A DNA stretch of 64,000 bases from Eledone cirrhosa (GCA_964016885.1 OZ024760.1:16988001-17052000), one strand, 5' to 3'. Positions 25,233 through 46,330 are shown, counted from the stretch's first letter. Program-made: numbers and translations. The notes: generated from the letters alone by a model not told the origin.

Positions 25233-25338
25233 TGTGTGTGTGTGTGTGTGTGTAAAAGGTAAACAGAAATAACAACACAATCGGTACAGTATATGGAAGG
25301 GATATATTAGGTTAACGCTTGATATAGCAAGAAGAGGG

Positions 25339-25374
25339 TCTTAACGTTTCGAACGCTAGTCCTTCATCAGAAGA
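25339..25374 (-). ncRNA. Minimal hammerhead ribozyme (family E), within a dispersed repeat at about 25253-25440
   Basis: UCUU-CUGAUGA-A-GGAC(uagc)GUUC-GAAACGU-U^AAGA. A second copy is at 52390. Confidence 0.8.
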
Positions 25375-25902
25375 AAGAATGAGATATAAGATAGATTGAG
25401 GGGACGGGCGGGTTGGAATCTGAAAAAATGTCTTTAGATAAAAATAACAGGTTCATTCATGTTGACATCTCTTGGGAAACAGTTGGTGCTGGCGTTTTGT
25501 GTATAATTTATTTTTTAGAAAAGTGGATGATGGAGCGCGTCTACCGGAAATGGAAAACAAAACCGCTATATTTGAGCACGTGCGTAAGTGTGTGTGTGTG
25601 TGTGTGTGTGTTATACGTTCGTAAGAAGCTAAGAAGAAATGTGTGTGTATAAGTGAGTAAAAGAGTGTGTGTACATGTAAGTACGAAGCTAGTGTGTGTG
25701 TGTGTGTTTATAATATAAAAGTAACGAAGATCCCTGATATTAAGTCATCGTTCTTTGGCCAACGTTTAGCTCACTCAATGAATCTGCCGAATTGCAGTAA
25801 TGCAGCTGCAATCAGCTGTTCAGAGTGAACACATTTAGTAAATAGCAGATTAGCAGATACGGTGGTTGTTTTGGTAGAGATAAAAGTATATATATATATG
25901 TA

Positions 25903-25968
25903 GTTATACTTTGGGAGGGTCATATTGCCAATAAAAACACACGCACCTGTTGGTTTTCACTTCAATTT
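25903..25968 (-). mobile_element. Family A solo short-end arm
   Basis: The reverse complement reads ...ggcaatATGACCCTCCCAAAGTATAAC, flanked by (TA)n. Confidence 0.75.
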
Positions 25969-26001
25969 ATATATATATCTATATATATATATATATATAT
26001 A

Positions 26002-26163
26002 TGAAAAGATTCAGGACCCCGACGGCTGAGCTCCGGCCGTTTCGACAGCTAGGTCCGAACTAAATCGCCGATATTCGAGCGGCGGGAATCTAGCTGAACT
26101 CCTCGGGGGATATAGTCCATATATGGGCAGACAGTCTATGCAAAAAAAAATCTTAAAGGTTCT

Positions 26164-26195
<32 letters not shown>

Positions 26196-26422
26196 CCTCC
26201 CGGGAGTGGTCAGTGATCGGTGTGGGGTACCTTTGTCCAAATGTACGTCTTCGTAACGACAGCTGGTTTAGTCCTGCTTTATCCCGATAAATGTCTTGAA
26301 TTATCTAGTTTTATTACACTCCTGGCGGCAAGGAAAGGGGCTAGACAGCCGCCAGGGTCCTGAATCTTACCCACTCTACTCTGGTGAGTAATGATCTAAC
26401 TGCTTTTTACCACACCCTATTA
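26002..26422. mobile_element. Family B insert: short-end (-) arm with a complete hammerhead, plus a diverged long-end (+) arm
   Basis: Both arms share cagccg.c.gggtcctgaatctt. The + arm continues tacccactctact...taccacaccctatta into (TA)n. Confidence 0.7.
26014..26118 (-). ncRNA. Type I hammerhead ribozyme, U4C core variant with an extended stem II
   Basis: GGAC-uauau-CCC-CCGAGGA-G-uu-CAGCUAG...CUAGCUG-u-C-GAAAC-GGC...GCC-GUC^GGG-GUCC, with an extra CGCCG/CGGCG hairpin inside loop II. Confidence 0.78.
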
Positions 26423-26442
26423 TATATATATATATATATATA

Positions 26443-26643
26443 TAACAAAGGGGGTGTGGTAAGATACCAAGTGGACCATAAGGCACCAGAGTACTCAATA
26501 CTTGGGGTAGTAGAGTGGGTAATAGGAAAAGAGTCAGAACCCCGACGGCAGAGCTCCAGCTGTTTCGATAGCTAGATCCGAACTGTTCGGATCTAGCTGT
26601 TGAAACGGCCGGAGCTCAGCCGTCGGGGTCCTGACTCTTTTCC

Positions 26644-26644
<1 letters not shown>
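26443..26644. mobile_element. Family B insert: long (-) and short (+) arms
   Basis: Palindrome centred near 26584, with an extension of about 80 nt on the left arm only. Confidence 0.85.
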
Positions 26645-26682
<38 letters not shown>

Positions 26683-27414
26683 TACGTTTCAATTTCCATG
26701 GTCTTGTCTAGTTGTCATTATTGTTCAGTTACGTCCCTTTACGATCTGAGTTCAAATCCCGCCGAGGTTAACTTTGCTTTTCATCCTTACAGGGTCGATA
26801 AAATAAAGTACCAGTAATGCACTGGGATAATTGCTGGCCTTGTGCCTAAAGTAGAAACAATTATTGTTCTTCATTATCATTGTAATTATGAAGTCAGATG
26901 TCAGCATATTTGACAATCTGATCTCTGTCGTGGAAATATAATTCATATCGGCCTAACACGACATCATCCAGTTATCAGTTATCTCATGCAGACATCATGT
27001 GATATAACAAGTTTATAGCACACTTCAGCAATACCTTGTGGTATTGGTTCTTCTCTGGCTCTTTACATTCTGAATTCAAATCCCAGGGAGATAAACGAGA
27101 TAAATCCTCTCCCGTTCATTAATCCGGACTGTCGAGAAAACAAATGCCAGTATTTTACTGGTATTTTATTTTATCAACTTTTCCCTCCATCATCAAAATG
27201 TTGCTAGTCTCGTGCAGATATCTCGTGATATATCAAGTTTATACCACACTTCGATAAAATAAAGTACCAGTGAAATACTGGGGTTGATTTAACCAGTTTT
27301 TCCACATCAACAAAATTTTGCTCGTCTTTGTGACTAATTTGATAATCAATAATATATGTTTGTGTCTACCTGACAAGTTGATACTACCAATAATAACAAC
27401 ATTACTGCCATCAA

Positions 27415-28430
27415 CACCTCCACCATCACCGCCAACATACCACTACTACACCACCACCATATCACCACAACTACACTACACCGCCACACCACACCACTAC
27501 CACACTGCCACCACCACACCACCACCACACCACTACCACACCACCACCACACCACCACCACCACACCACAACCACCACACCACCACACCACCACACCACC
27601 ACAACCACCACTACACCACCACACCACACCACCCCACACCACCACCACCCCACACCACCACCACCACCACCACCCCACACCACCACCACCACCCCACACC
27701 ACAACCACAACCACACCACACCACCACCACCACCCCACACCACAACCACAACCACACCACCACCACCACCCCACACCACCACCACCACCACACACCACCA
27801 CCACCACCACCACCACACACCACCACCACCACCACACCACCACCACACCACTACCACACCACCACCACACCACCACCACCACCACACCACAACCACCACA
27901 CCACCACACCACCACACCACCACCACCACCACCACACCACCACACCACCACACCACAACCACACCACAACCACACCACCACCACACCACCACCACCACCA
28001 CTACACTCCTATTGGAATATTCCACCAAATTCCATCATTTGGTATTCAATATATTTTCTTTTTAAACTCTCTTTACTTCTCACTCTCTCACACTCTCTCA
28101 CACTCTCTCTCTCTCTCTCACACTCTCTCACACTCTCTCACACTCTCTCTCACACTCTCTCACACTCTCTCACACTCTCTCTCTCACACTCTCTCACACT
28201 CTCTCACACTCTCTCACACTCTCTCACACTCTCACTCTCTCTCTCTCTCTCACTCTCTCTCACACTCTCTCTCACACTCTCTCACACTCTCTCTCACACT
28301 CTCTCTCACACTCTCTCTCTCACTCTCTCTCTCACACACTCTCTCTCTCTCTCTCTCTCTCACTCTCTCTCTCACTCTCTCTCTCTCTCTCTCTCACTCT
28401 CTCTCTCTCACTCTCACTCTCTCTCTCACT
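27415..28430. repeat. (CAC)n then (CT/CA)n low-complexity tracts
   Basis: Direct inspection. Confidence 0.9.
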
Positions 28431-28645
28431 GTCACTCCCTCTCGCCCTCTATATATGTCACACTATATATATATATATACATCTGTGTGTGTGTGTGTAT
28501 GTGACCATGTGTTTGTGTAACTCTTTTACTCTCTTCCCGCTTCCTCTTTCTTTCTCTCCTCCCGGTCATTTCATCATCAAGGTTTTAGTCTACCATATAC
28601 ACACTATATATATATATATATATACACACTATATATATATACACA

Positions 28646-28681
<36 letters not shown>

Positions 28682-28728
28682 TATATATATATATATATAT
28701 ATACACACTATATATATATATATATACA

Positions 28729-28759
<31 letters not shown>

Positions 28760-28762
<3 letters not shown>

Positions 28763-28922
28763 CAAAGGAATTGTGGTAAGGAACCAGATGGACCATAACG
28801 CACCAGAGTACTCAATACTTAGGGTAGTAGAGTGGATAATAGGAAAAAGTATGACCCCGACGGCAGAGCTCAAGCCGTTTCAAACGGCTTTAGCTCTGCC
28901 GTCGGGGTCATACTTTTTCCTA
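28760..28922. mobile_element. Family B insert: long (-) and short (+) arms
   Basis: Palindrome centred near 28881 at the hammerhead GAAA, with (TA)n on both sides. Confidence 0.85.
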
Positions 28923-29049
28923 TATATATATATATATGTTTCAGAAGATCCCGTTAAGGGTGAAAGCAGCGATTCTTTGCTTAAACTTTAATCTGTTATT
29001 TTAATAAATATATATACACACACACACACAGTCTACCATATATACATAG

Positions 29050-29080
<31 letters not shown>

Positions 29081-29093
29081 GTATATATATATA

Positions 29094-29239
29094 TAGGAGA
29101 AAGTATGACCCCGACGGCAGAGCTCAATCCGTTTCGACGGCTGTTTCTGGACTTTCTCCTATTACCCACTCTACTACCCCAAGTATTGAGTACTCTGGTA
29201 CGTTATGGTCCACCTGGTTCCTTCCCACATTTCCTTCGT

Positions 29240-29241
<2 letters not shown>
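29094..29241. mobile_element. Family B insert: short (-) and long (+) arms
   Basis: taggagaaagtatgaccccgacggc... joined to ctttctcctattacccactctactacc...ttccttcgtta. Confidence 0.85.
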
Positions 29242-29328
<87 letters not shown>

Positions 29329-30399
29329 CCATATATACACATATATACACCCCAGTGAGGTTTTAGTCTACCATACACACTCCAGTAACTATTACATTCT
29401 GGTACATATTTTATCAATCTTTGTTTGTCGCACCGCTAGCTACCGCACTTTAAAGTGTAGCATAGGAAAAACTCCTGCTTTTCTTAAACCTATGTTTGTG
29501 TGTGCTTGTGTATGTATGTTTGTATATATGTATGTGTGTATATATGTATGTGTATGTATGTGTGTATATATGTATGTGTGTATATATGTATGTGAATGTA
29601 TATATGTGTGTGTGTATATAGGTTTGTATGTATATATGTATGTGTATGTATATATGTATGTGTATGTATATAGGTGTGTATGTATATATGTATGTGTGTG
29701 TATATAGGTTTGTATGTATATATGTATGTGTGTATATAGGTTTGTATATGTATATAGGTTTGTATGTATGTATGTGTGTGTATATAGGTTTGTATGTATA
29801 TATGTATGTGTGTGTATGTTTGTATGCACATCTGTGTAAGTGCCTGTATCTAAACAGATGTGTGTGTGTGTGACATATTCTAAATTATTCATTTTGTAAT
29901 GTTTACGAGGAAACTTTTTAGTCTTGGACTTGTCTGTGTATAATTGCATGTAAATAGATACATACATACACACACACAGATACACATACATACACACACA
30001 CACGCATACATACACACACATACACACACATACACACACATACATACACACATACATACACACATACATACACACACATACATACACACACATACATACA
30101 CACACATACATACACACACATACACACACACACATACATACACACACACACATACACACACACACATACATACACACACACACACACATACATACACATA
30201 CACACACACACATACACACACATACATACACACACACATACATACACACACATACATACACACACATACATACACATACATACACACACACACACACACA
30301 CATACACACACATACATACACACACACACACACATACATACACATACACACACACACATACACACACATACTTACACACATATAGAACACCATACACAG

Positions 30400-30436
<37 letters not shown>

Positions 30437-31084
30437 GTGTTCTATAGTCCAGTTTATTAGCGCTGTTTCTTATGTCCGACCTGTTGATATTGGTGGTGAT
30501 GGTGAGGGCGGTGGGGTTAGTGTTCGTGGTGTTAATGATGGTGGTGGTGTTGGTGGTGGTGGTGGTGTTAGTGTTGGTGGTGTGGTGTTAATGGTGGTGG
30601 TGTTGGTCGTGGTGTTGGTCGTGGTGTTGGTGGTGGTATTGGTGATGGTGGTGGTGTTGGTGGTGGTATTGGTGATGGTGGTGGTGGTGGTGTTGGTGAT
30701 GGTGGTGTTGGTGGGGTCCGTTCAGAATGTTTAAATTATGTTCACATGTAGGTGTTCTGTAAGACATGCTGAAATATAGTCTGTATTTGTGTAGGTGTGT
30801 ATATATGTATTTGTGTGTGTGTATGTATATATATATACATACACACACACAGACACTAGAATCTCATCGTTGAAACCTCACTACAAACGGAGACGGAATT
30901 ATTTTTTTACTATTATTGTTGATGGCACACACACACACACACACACACATATACAGACATTTACATACACTTACACACACACATGATACAGAAGACTCTC
31001 ACCTCGTCGAACTAGAAGACGAAGTAAAATAAGAAGACAGACAGACAGACAGATTTTTTTAACAGAAAGGGATTTTATGAAAAA

Positions 31085-31790
31085 ACTGCAGATGACAGAT
31101 AAATGAGAGGATTTTTATGAAATAACTATAGACGACAGATAATTTAAGGGATTTTATTAAAAAAACAGCAGTCGACAGATAAATGGAGGGGGTTTTATGA
31201 AAGAAACTTCAGACGACAGATAAATTTAAGGGATTTTATGAAAACAAATGCAGACGACAGATATATATGAGAGGGATTTTATGAAAAAAACAGCAGACGA
31301 CAGATAAATTTAAGGGGTTTTATGAAAGAAACTGCAGACAACAGATATATTTAAGAGGTTTTATGAAAAAACAGCAGACGACAGATAAATTTAAGGGGTT
31401 TTATGAAAACAAAACTGCAGACGATAGATAAATAAAAGGGGTTTTATGAAAACAAAACTGCAGACGATAGATAAATAAAAGGGGTTTTATGAAAAAACTG
31501 CAGACGATAGATAAATGAAAGGGATTTTATGAAAAAACTGCAGATGAAAGGGGTTTTATGAAAAAACTGCAGACGATAGATAAATGAAAGGGATTTTATG
31601 AAAAAACTGCAGACGAAAGATAAATGAAAGGGATTTTATGATAAACCTGCAGACGATAGATAAATGAAAGGGATTTTATGAAAAAACTGCAGACGATAGA
31701 TAAATAAAAGGGGTTTTATGAAAAAACTGCAGACGATAGATAAATGAAAGGGATTTTATGATAAACCTGCAGACGAAAGATAAATGAAAG
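31085..31790. repeat. Minisatellite, about 40 bp unit, about 17 copies
   Basis: Unit gcagacgatagataaatgaaagggattttatgaaaaaact. Confidence 0.92.
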
Positions 31791-31978
31791 CAAACAATAA
31801 TAAAACGAACATGAAGGAAAATAAATTAGAATATTTGGAGGTGTAAAATAACGAAACAGAAAAGAAAGTATTTGTATGTTTTCTTCTCAAACGATATTTT
31901 CTGGTGTTAATGAAGAAACAATAATGAGACTCAGGAGATGTTGTACTCGTGTGAAAAATTAGTGAACGGAAATTAACA

Positions 31979-34130
<2,152 letters not shown>

Positions 34131-35926
34131 GAACGAGGAGAGGTAGATACGAAATGCAGAAATAAATTGAAATAAAATGAAATAAAAACGGACAAAGAGA
34201 GGAAAATTTAAGGATACAGAGAAGACATAGATAAAATAAGACGATGGGGGAGAGGGGTAAAGGGCTGGGTTTTAGAGAAAAAACGATGAAAGGAGTTGAA
34301 AGGAGGGGAGAGGAAAGATGGTAATGGAATGGAATAAAAGAGGAAACCAAATAAATAATTAAAGAAAGGAAGAAAGCAGGATATGGGCGGAATGACAGGA
34401 ATAAATATATAGATAATAATATATAGAAAGATCGATATATTTAGATGGATTGATAGATAGGTAGATGGATAAATTGGTGAATAGATGTATAGGTTGATAA
34501 AGGAATTAGATTGATAGAGGAATTAAAACGGAATAAAGGAGGAAATATTTGAAGGGGGCGAAAATTGGAAGAAGATAAATAGATCGAAGATGAAACGAGA
34601 AGAGAAATAAATCAAGTAAATATAAAGAAAGTGAAGGAAATAAATGAAAGAAAATGTATAGAAAACGAAGGAAAGAATGAATGAAAATATATAAAAAACG
34701 AAGGAAAGAATGAATGAAAATATATTAAAAAAACGAAGGAAAGAATGAATGAAAATATATAGAAAACGAAGGAAAGAATGAATGAAAATATATAAAAAAA
34801 ACGAAGGAAAGAATGAATGAAAATATATAGAAAACGAAGGAAAGGATGAAAAAGAATGAAAGAAAACGAAGGAAAGAATGAAAGAAAATGAAGGAAAAAA
34901 TGAAAGAAAACATATATATATATATATAAGCACAGAGAGAGGAAGGTACGACAGAAAGGAAATGAAAAGACATTGAGAAGCAGACGACAAATTGAAGAGG
35001 AGGAAGTGAAAGAAAGAGTGGGAAAGACGGAGAGAAAGAGAAGAAAATAGATCGATGATGAAGTGACAAAGAGGAAGATAAAAGAAAACATTGTCGAGAG
35101 AAGAGGTGGAATTTCAGTTTGGATTACGAATTTCGAACGAGAAACAGAAAGAAATATCGGGAAAGAAAAAGCAAAAAAAAAAAGCAGACGACATAATTGA
35201 TAACGGAAGAAAGGAAGAAAAGATAGATAGAAAGAAGGAAGAAGAAAGGGAAGAAAGAAGGGGAAAGAGAGGGAGAAGAAGTTAGAGAAAGGCTGGTTGT
35301 ATATGAAGAAAAATACGTTGCTTTGTTTTTCAAACTAAGCAATTATCCCCCGCATATTACTGTGATCAAAGAAAGGGGTGGTAAATATATATACATACAT
35401 ACATACACTTACACACACTTATACATACACACACTTACACGCACTTATACATACATACACGCACATACTCACACATATAATTCCATTACACACACACACA
35501 CACACATAGAAAGACACACTCCCACAGATATACATACACACAAATATACTCTCCTTACACACACACACTCATATAGACACACACACAGAAATATACTGCC
35601 ATTGCACACACTGACACACACACACACATACACATACATACAAATACACACATACACACAGACATATTTACACACACACGCACAGATATACACATACACA
35701 CATATATATTTAAACACACACAGATATATACATACATACAGATATATATATATATACACATACACACACAGATATACTCACACATACACACACACAGATA
35801 CACACACACAGATATACTCACACACACAGGCATATACACACACGTACACACACACAGGCCTACACACACGTACACACACACAAGGGTGACCAGTGTGTGT
35901 ATGTGAGAGTATTTCATTATTTGTCA

Positions 35927-36071
35927 ATGGATTTCAACAGTAACCTCATCAACAACGATAAAACTAATGGAGCGGCGGCTTCAGTAACAACAACAACAAC
36001 AACAACAGGAGCTACTGGGGCGGCGACGGAGGTAGCGGCGGCTGGGAACAACAGGTTGTCAGATCTGGACG
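35927..36071 (+). CDS. Candidate alternative first coding exon (1b) of the ANKDD1-like gene
   Basis: A unique GC-richer island between microsatellites: MDFNSNLINNDKTNGAAASVTTTTTTTGATGAATEVAAAGNNRLSDLD + G|GTAAGT. Phase 1, in frame with the exon at 59480. Confidence 0.62.
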
Positions 36072-36089
36072 GTAAGTGATGTCCCCTTT

Positions 36090-38340
36090 GTGTGATGGTG
36101 TACAGGTGTGTTGTTGTGGTGTGTGTTGTTGTGGTGGTGTGATGTGTGGTGATGTGGTGGTGTGTGGTGGTGTACAGGTGTGTGGTGGTGTGGTGTTATG
36201 GTGGTGTACAGGTGTGTTGTGTTGGTGGTGTGTGGTGTGGTGGTGTACAGGTGTGTGGTGGTGTACAGGTGTGGTGGTGTACATGTGCGTGGTGGTGTAC
36301 AGGTGTGTGGTGGTGTACAGGTGTGTGGTGGTGTGTGGTGTTGTGGTGTTGTGGTGTTATGGTGGTGTACAGGTGTGTTGTGGTGGTGGTGTGTGGTGTG
36401 GTGGTGTACAGGTGTGTGGTGGTGTACAGGTGTGTGGTGGTGTACAGGTGTGGTGGTGTATAGGTGTGGTGGTGTACAGGTGCGTGGTGGTGTACAGGTG
36501 TGTGGTGGTGTACAGGTGTGTGGTGGTGTGTGGCGGTGTGCAGGCGTGTGGAGGTGATGTCCCTTTTGTGTGGAGGTGTGCACTGCACGTGTGCCTGTGT
36601 ATGGGTGTGGAGGTGTGCAGGTGAGTGTGTATGTGCCTTAATGTGTGTGTGTTTGTGTTTTAATGTGTGTATGAGTTTGTGTGTGTGCTTTAATGTCTGT
36701 TTATGTATGTCTGTGAGTACATGTGTGTATGTATGTGATTGCGTGCGTTTTAATGTATGTGTCTGTGTGTGTGTGTGTCTTAATGTGTGAGTGTGTGAAT
36801 GCGTATGTGTGTGTGTGTCTTAATGTGTGAGTGTGTGAATGCGTGTGTGTATTTTAATGTATAAGTGTGTAGGTGTGCCTGTGGGTGTTTCTATGTATGC
36901 ATGTGACTCTCGCTGTGTGTGTATGTGTGTGATTTCGTGTGTGTGTGTATGGATATTTGTGTGTTTCAATGCACGTGTGTGTATGTGTGTGTATGCACGT
37001 GTCTATATGTATGTGTGTGCATGCATGTCTATATGTATGTGTTTGTGTACATGTGTGATTTAATGCGTATGTGTAAGTATTTGTGTGTGTGCATGTATGT
37101 GTGTGTAATTTAGTGTGTCTGCACGTGTGTGTGTATGCATGTGTAATTCAAAGTGTGTGTGTGCGGATATGCATGTGACTCAATGTGTGTATGTGGTGTG
37201 TGTGTGTGTGTATAAGCGTGTAACTGTGTGTGTATGCTTGTGAGTGTATATGTGTGAGAATGTTTGTGTATGAATGTGTGTGTGTACTTGTGAGTATATG
37301 TGTGTATATATATATATGTGTGTGTGTGTACTTGTGAGTATATGCGTGTGTGTGTGTGTGTACTTGTGAGTATATGTGTGTGTGTATGTGTGTACTTGTG
37401 AGTATATGTGTGTATATGTGTGTGTGTATACTTGGTTGCGGATATGACTACACTTGTTGCGTCTCTGGAAATATATATCTTTATGTATGTATATATGTGT
37501 CTGTATGTGTGTATATGTGTGTGTATGTGTATATAGGTGTGTGTATGTGTATTTATATGTATATATGTATCTGTGTGGGTGTAAGCGTGTGTTTAGAAAT
37601 TCATGCGAGCATGTATGTGTGTATACAAATTTATGCAAGTTTGTGTGTGAGTGCATGTTTGGGTGTGTATGTGTGTTTAGAAATGTATGCAAGTGTATGT
37701 GAGTGCATGTGTGTGTCTGTGCATGTGTGTGTGTGTGTTTAAATATTCCTGCAAGTGTGTATGTGTAAATGTGTGTTTACTTAGAAATTCATGTGTGTGT
37801 TTATGAGTGTGTGTTTGTGTGTATATGTGTTTATGTGTGTGTTTATATGTATGTGTGTGAAGTAAACAAACCGACAGACAGACAGACAGACTGACTGTGA
37901 GTGAGACAGAGACAGACAGACAGATAGATAAATAGACTGGCAGATATTCAGACAGATAGATTGACTAACAGACAGATAGACTGACCAACAGATAGACTGA
38001 CCAACAGACAGATAGACTGACCAACAGACAGACTGACCAACAGATAGATTGACCAACAGATAGCTAGACTGACCAACAGATAGATTGACCAACAGATAGC
38101 TAGACTGACCAACAGATAGCTAGACTGACCAACAGACAGATAGACTGACCAACACAGATAGATTGACCAACAGACATAGATTGACCAACTGACAAATAGA
38201 TTGACCAACCGACAGATAGATTGACCAACCGACAGATAGATTGACCAACAGACATAGATTGACCAACAGACAGATAGATTGGCCAACAGATAGATTGGCC
38301 AACAGATAGACTGACCAACAGACAGATAGATTGACCAACA
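36090..38340. repeat. (GGTGT/GT)n then (GACA/GATA/GACCAACA)n low-complexity field
   Basis: Direct inspection. Confidence 0.85.
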
Positions 38341-38754
38341 AACACAAAGAAGTAAGATAGTTAGACAGAGAACAATGTTGGTGAAACAGACAGACATTGC
38401 AATTAAATAAAAAGAAAGTTCACATTACCCTGAAATAAACCTCATATAACTACCTATCTGTCTGTCTACCTATCTACCTATCTGTCTGTCTGTCTCTGTC
38501 AGTCTATCTATCTACCTGTCTGTTTGTCTATCTATCTGTGTGTGTGTGTGAGTGTAATATTCATGTCACCAGATCCATTTGTATATATGTTGCTGCATAC
38601 TTATTTGTAATACGAGATACAAATGTGTGTATATGTGTATACATGTATGTACATGTATACATGTGTGTATATGTGTGTACATGTATGTGTCTCAAAATGG
38701 ATGGATAGCTGATACCTGAGTTAGTTTGTTTTCATTATATAAAGGGAGTTTATA

Positions 38755-38890
38755 TACGGCCCTTGCCATTCTGAGTTCAAATTCCGCCGAGGTTAACTTT
38801 GCCTTTCATCCTTACGGGGGTCGATAAAATAAAGTACCAGTAATGCACTGGGTAATTACTGGCCTTGTTCCTAAAGTAGAGACAATTATA
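38755..38890 (+). mobile_element. SINE copy (main family). Further copies near 20915(-), 26720, 27050, 40815(-), 51335, 58375, 58735, 59870
   Basis: ttctgagttcaaattccgccgaggttaactttgcctttcatcc...gataaaataaagtaccagtaatgcactggg...ggccttgt..ctaaagtagaaacaattatt. Confidence 0.85.
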
Positions 38891-39219
38891 TAAAGGGAGT
38901 TTTAACCATTCAAAAACACAGAAAAAATCTGTTGAATTCACTTTATATTTATCATTTAATTCTTGGTGTCAAAGTTTTCATCACACTCTCTGTGACCAGG
39001 ACAGTAGCACAGCTCTTTTATAATTGGTTTGAATTTTAGTCACTGGTCAGTTTTTGTTGGCTTCAAGCAGGGCAATAAAAGTTTTGATACTAATAAATAA
39101 ATAAGTATATAGTGAATTTAACATTTTGTGTGTGAGTTTAATGGCTAAAATGAGTCTTTCAGTATGTAAGTACTTTTGTTTCAACACGCTGGGATAGTAG
39201 AGTATGGCTAAGAGGTTGT

Positions 39220-39797
39220 GTAGGTGACACAAAAAAAAAAACACCCAGTCCACACTGTAAAGTGGTCATGTAGGAGACAGTAAAAAGGCTCCCAGTCCAC
39301 ACTGTAAAGTGGTCATGTAGGAAACACAGTAAAAAGGCTCCCAGTCCACACTGTAAAGTGGTCGTGTAGGAAACACAGTAAAAAGACTCCTAGCCCACAC
39401 TGTAAAGTGGTCATGTAGGAAACACAGTAAAAAGGCTCCTAGTCCACACTGTAAAGTAGTCGTGTAGGAGACGCAGTAAAAAGGCTCCTAGTCCACATTG
39501 TAAAGTGGTCGTGTAGGAAACACAGTAAAAAGGCTCCCAATCCACACTGTAAGGTGGTCATGTAGGAAACACAGTAAAAAGGCTCCTAGTCCACATTGTA
39601 AAGTGGTCGTGTAGGAGACGCAGTAAAAAGGCTCCTAGTCCAGACCGTAAATGTGGTTGGTGTTAGAGGGACATCCAGCCAGAAACAGTTCTGTACAAGC
39701 AAAATACGGTCACCCAACCAATCTTGCCTCAAGTGGGACAAAACCGTCCAACCCATGCTATCATGGAAGATGGACATTAAACGATGATGATGATGAT
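39220..39797 (+). mobile_element. SINE/LINE-tail element ending in (GAT)n, with an internal 49-bp minisatellite (about 8.5 copies, 39245-39660)
   Basis: The 3' end aaaccgtccaacccatgc...ggacattaaacgatgatgat also occurs reversed at 40280, 50150, 51790 and 62400. Confidence 0.75.
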
Positions 39798-39994
39798 ATA
39801 TAAACCGTTCTGTATTTATCATTGTTGTGGTATATGTATGGCCACTGGCTTCGGTCATTTTTCTTGGTGTCATTTTTTAACTGTTGTGTTTACTCTGGAC
39901 AATATTGTATTAACTTTTTTGCTGCATTAAGTGCTTTGAATGAAACAGTTCTAGTCCTGTTGAAGCCATTTCTATATTATATATATATATATAT

Positions 39995-40279
39995 ATAAGG
40001 AAAAAAGATGAAATCGAAAATGCAACTGGAGACATTTTAAGAATATTTATGTTTCCGTTACCGGTTTCACAGTTCTTGTGCTTTTCAAAAGTAGAGTTGA
40101 GATGGAGGGTTTGTAGTTTTTCTCAACTCTACTTTTGAAAACCATAAGAACTGTGAAACCGGGAAAGGAAACAAATAAATATTCTTAAAAAGACTCCAGT
40201 TGCATTTTCGATTTCATCTTTTTTCCTTATACTTTCACTCGTTTTTTTTTCAAGATAAAAAAACCTCATTTTCTTATAT
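39995..40279. mobile_element. Family D insert: inverted arms 39995-40102 and 40121-40230, plus a tail of about 47 nt on the + arm only
   Basis: Imperfect palindrome of about 108 bp next to (TA)n. The - arm carries a degenerate minimal hammerhead UUGAAAA-GCA(caagaac)UGU-GAAACCGGUA. Confidence 0.75.
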
Positions 40280-40355
40280 CATCATCATCATCTTTGTTTA
40301 ACGTTCATCTTCCACGCTAGCATGGGTTAGACGGGTATATATATATATATATATT

Positions 40356-40488
40356 TCGTTTCTGAATTTGTTTAGCAAGATTCTTATAAATTCCTAAATT
40401 TATAAATTTATTATAATAAATTGAAGTGAAAGCAACTGGTGCGTGTGTTTCTTATTGGCAACATGACCCTCCCAAAGTATAACAATAT
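40356..40488. mobile_element. Family A mini-insert: long-end (-) 30-nt arm and short-end (+) arm
   Basis: The - arm is aagaatcttgctaaacaaattcagaaacga. The + arm ends ATGACCCTCCCAAAGTATAACAATAT. (TA)n on both sides. Confidence 0.85.
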
Positions 40489-40489
40489 A

Positions 40490-40527
<38 letters not shown>

Positions 40528-41015
40528 GTGTGATATGACGAAGTTTCGTTTTAAAATATGTTCATTGGTTAATTTCTTTACCACACTGTTTGTGATTGGT
40601 TGAATAATCGCAACTCACAAGTTTTAAATACAGAAATTATAGATATTATATATTTTTTATACATTAATGTGTAATTTTTAGCAGTAAAGATCCCATAACT
40701 CCTTGTGGAGTCATAAAGGCACCATCTTACGGTGTGTCTAGGGCACTTTTAAACCTGGTGGAGCCCAACCCTCTCCAGGTCTGAACACAACCGATTTTTT
40801 TCTATAGGAGAAGAATCGTCCCCCAGTACTTGACTGGTACTTTTTTTATAAAACTCGAAAGGATGAAAGGCAAAGTTGACCTCTGGGATTTGAACTCAGA
40901 GCATGCAAAGAGGTGGGACAAATACCGTAAAGCATTCTATCCGATGACTTAATGACTCTGTCAATTATCCACCTTTTTTAACTAACAATGGTGACGATCA
41001 AAGGAGTATTTTGTA

Positions 41016-41092
41016 CAGGGTGGGACATAAAGATCTCCCACATTCTTTTTTTATATCCCTTGAAAGGCAAGAGATCTTTATGTCCGACCCTG
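41016..41092. mobile_element. Tc1/mariner-type MITE (77 bp)
   Basis: TIRs CAGGGTGGGACATAAAGATCTC / GAGATCTTTATGTCCGACCCTG with a TA TSD. Confidence 0.8.
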
Positions 41093-41299
41093 TATATATA
41101 CTAGCGCTCTTTATCCTTTATAAGTGGGGTGGGGTGTTGGAATAAGAATGGGGGGGTCTGAAAAATTAATAAGCTGGGTTGGGGAGCATTCTTTGAGACC
41201 CGATAAAAGTTCACGCAAACTGATGACATCACTCCTTTGGAGGGTCAACAGGTTTTTAACATTGATAAACAGTCGTAGCTACTATTATATATACGGCTG

Positions 41300-46330
<5,031 letters not shown>

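Noticed and set aside
41170-41285. CUGAUGA followed later by AAACAGUC
   Set aside because: GAAA core and stem I are not intact; at most a decayed hammerhead.
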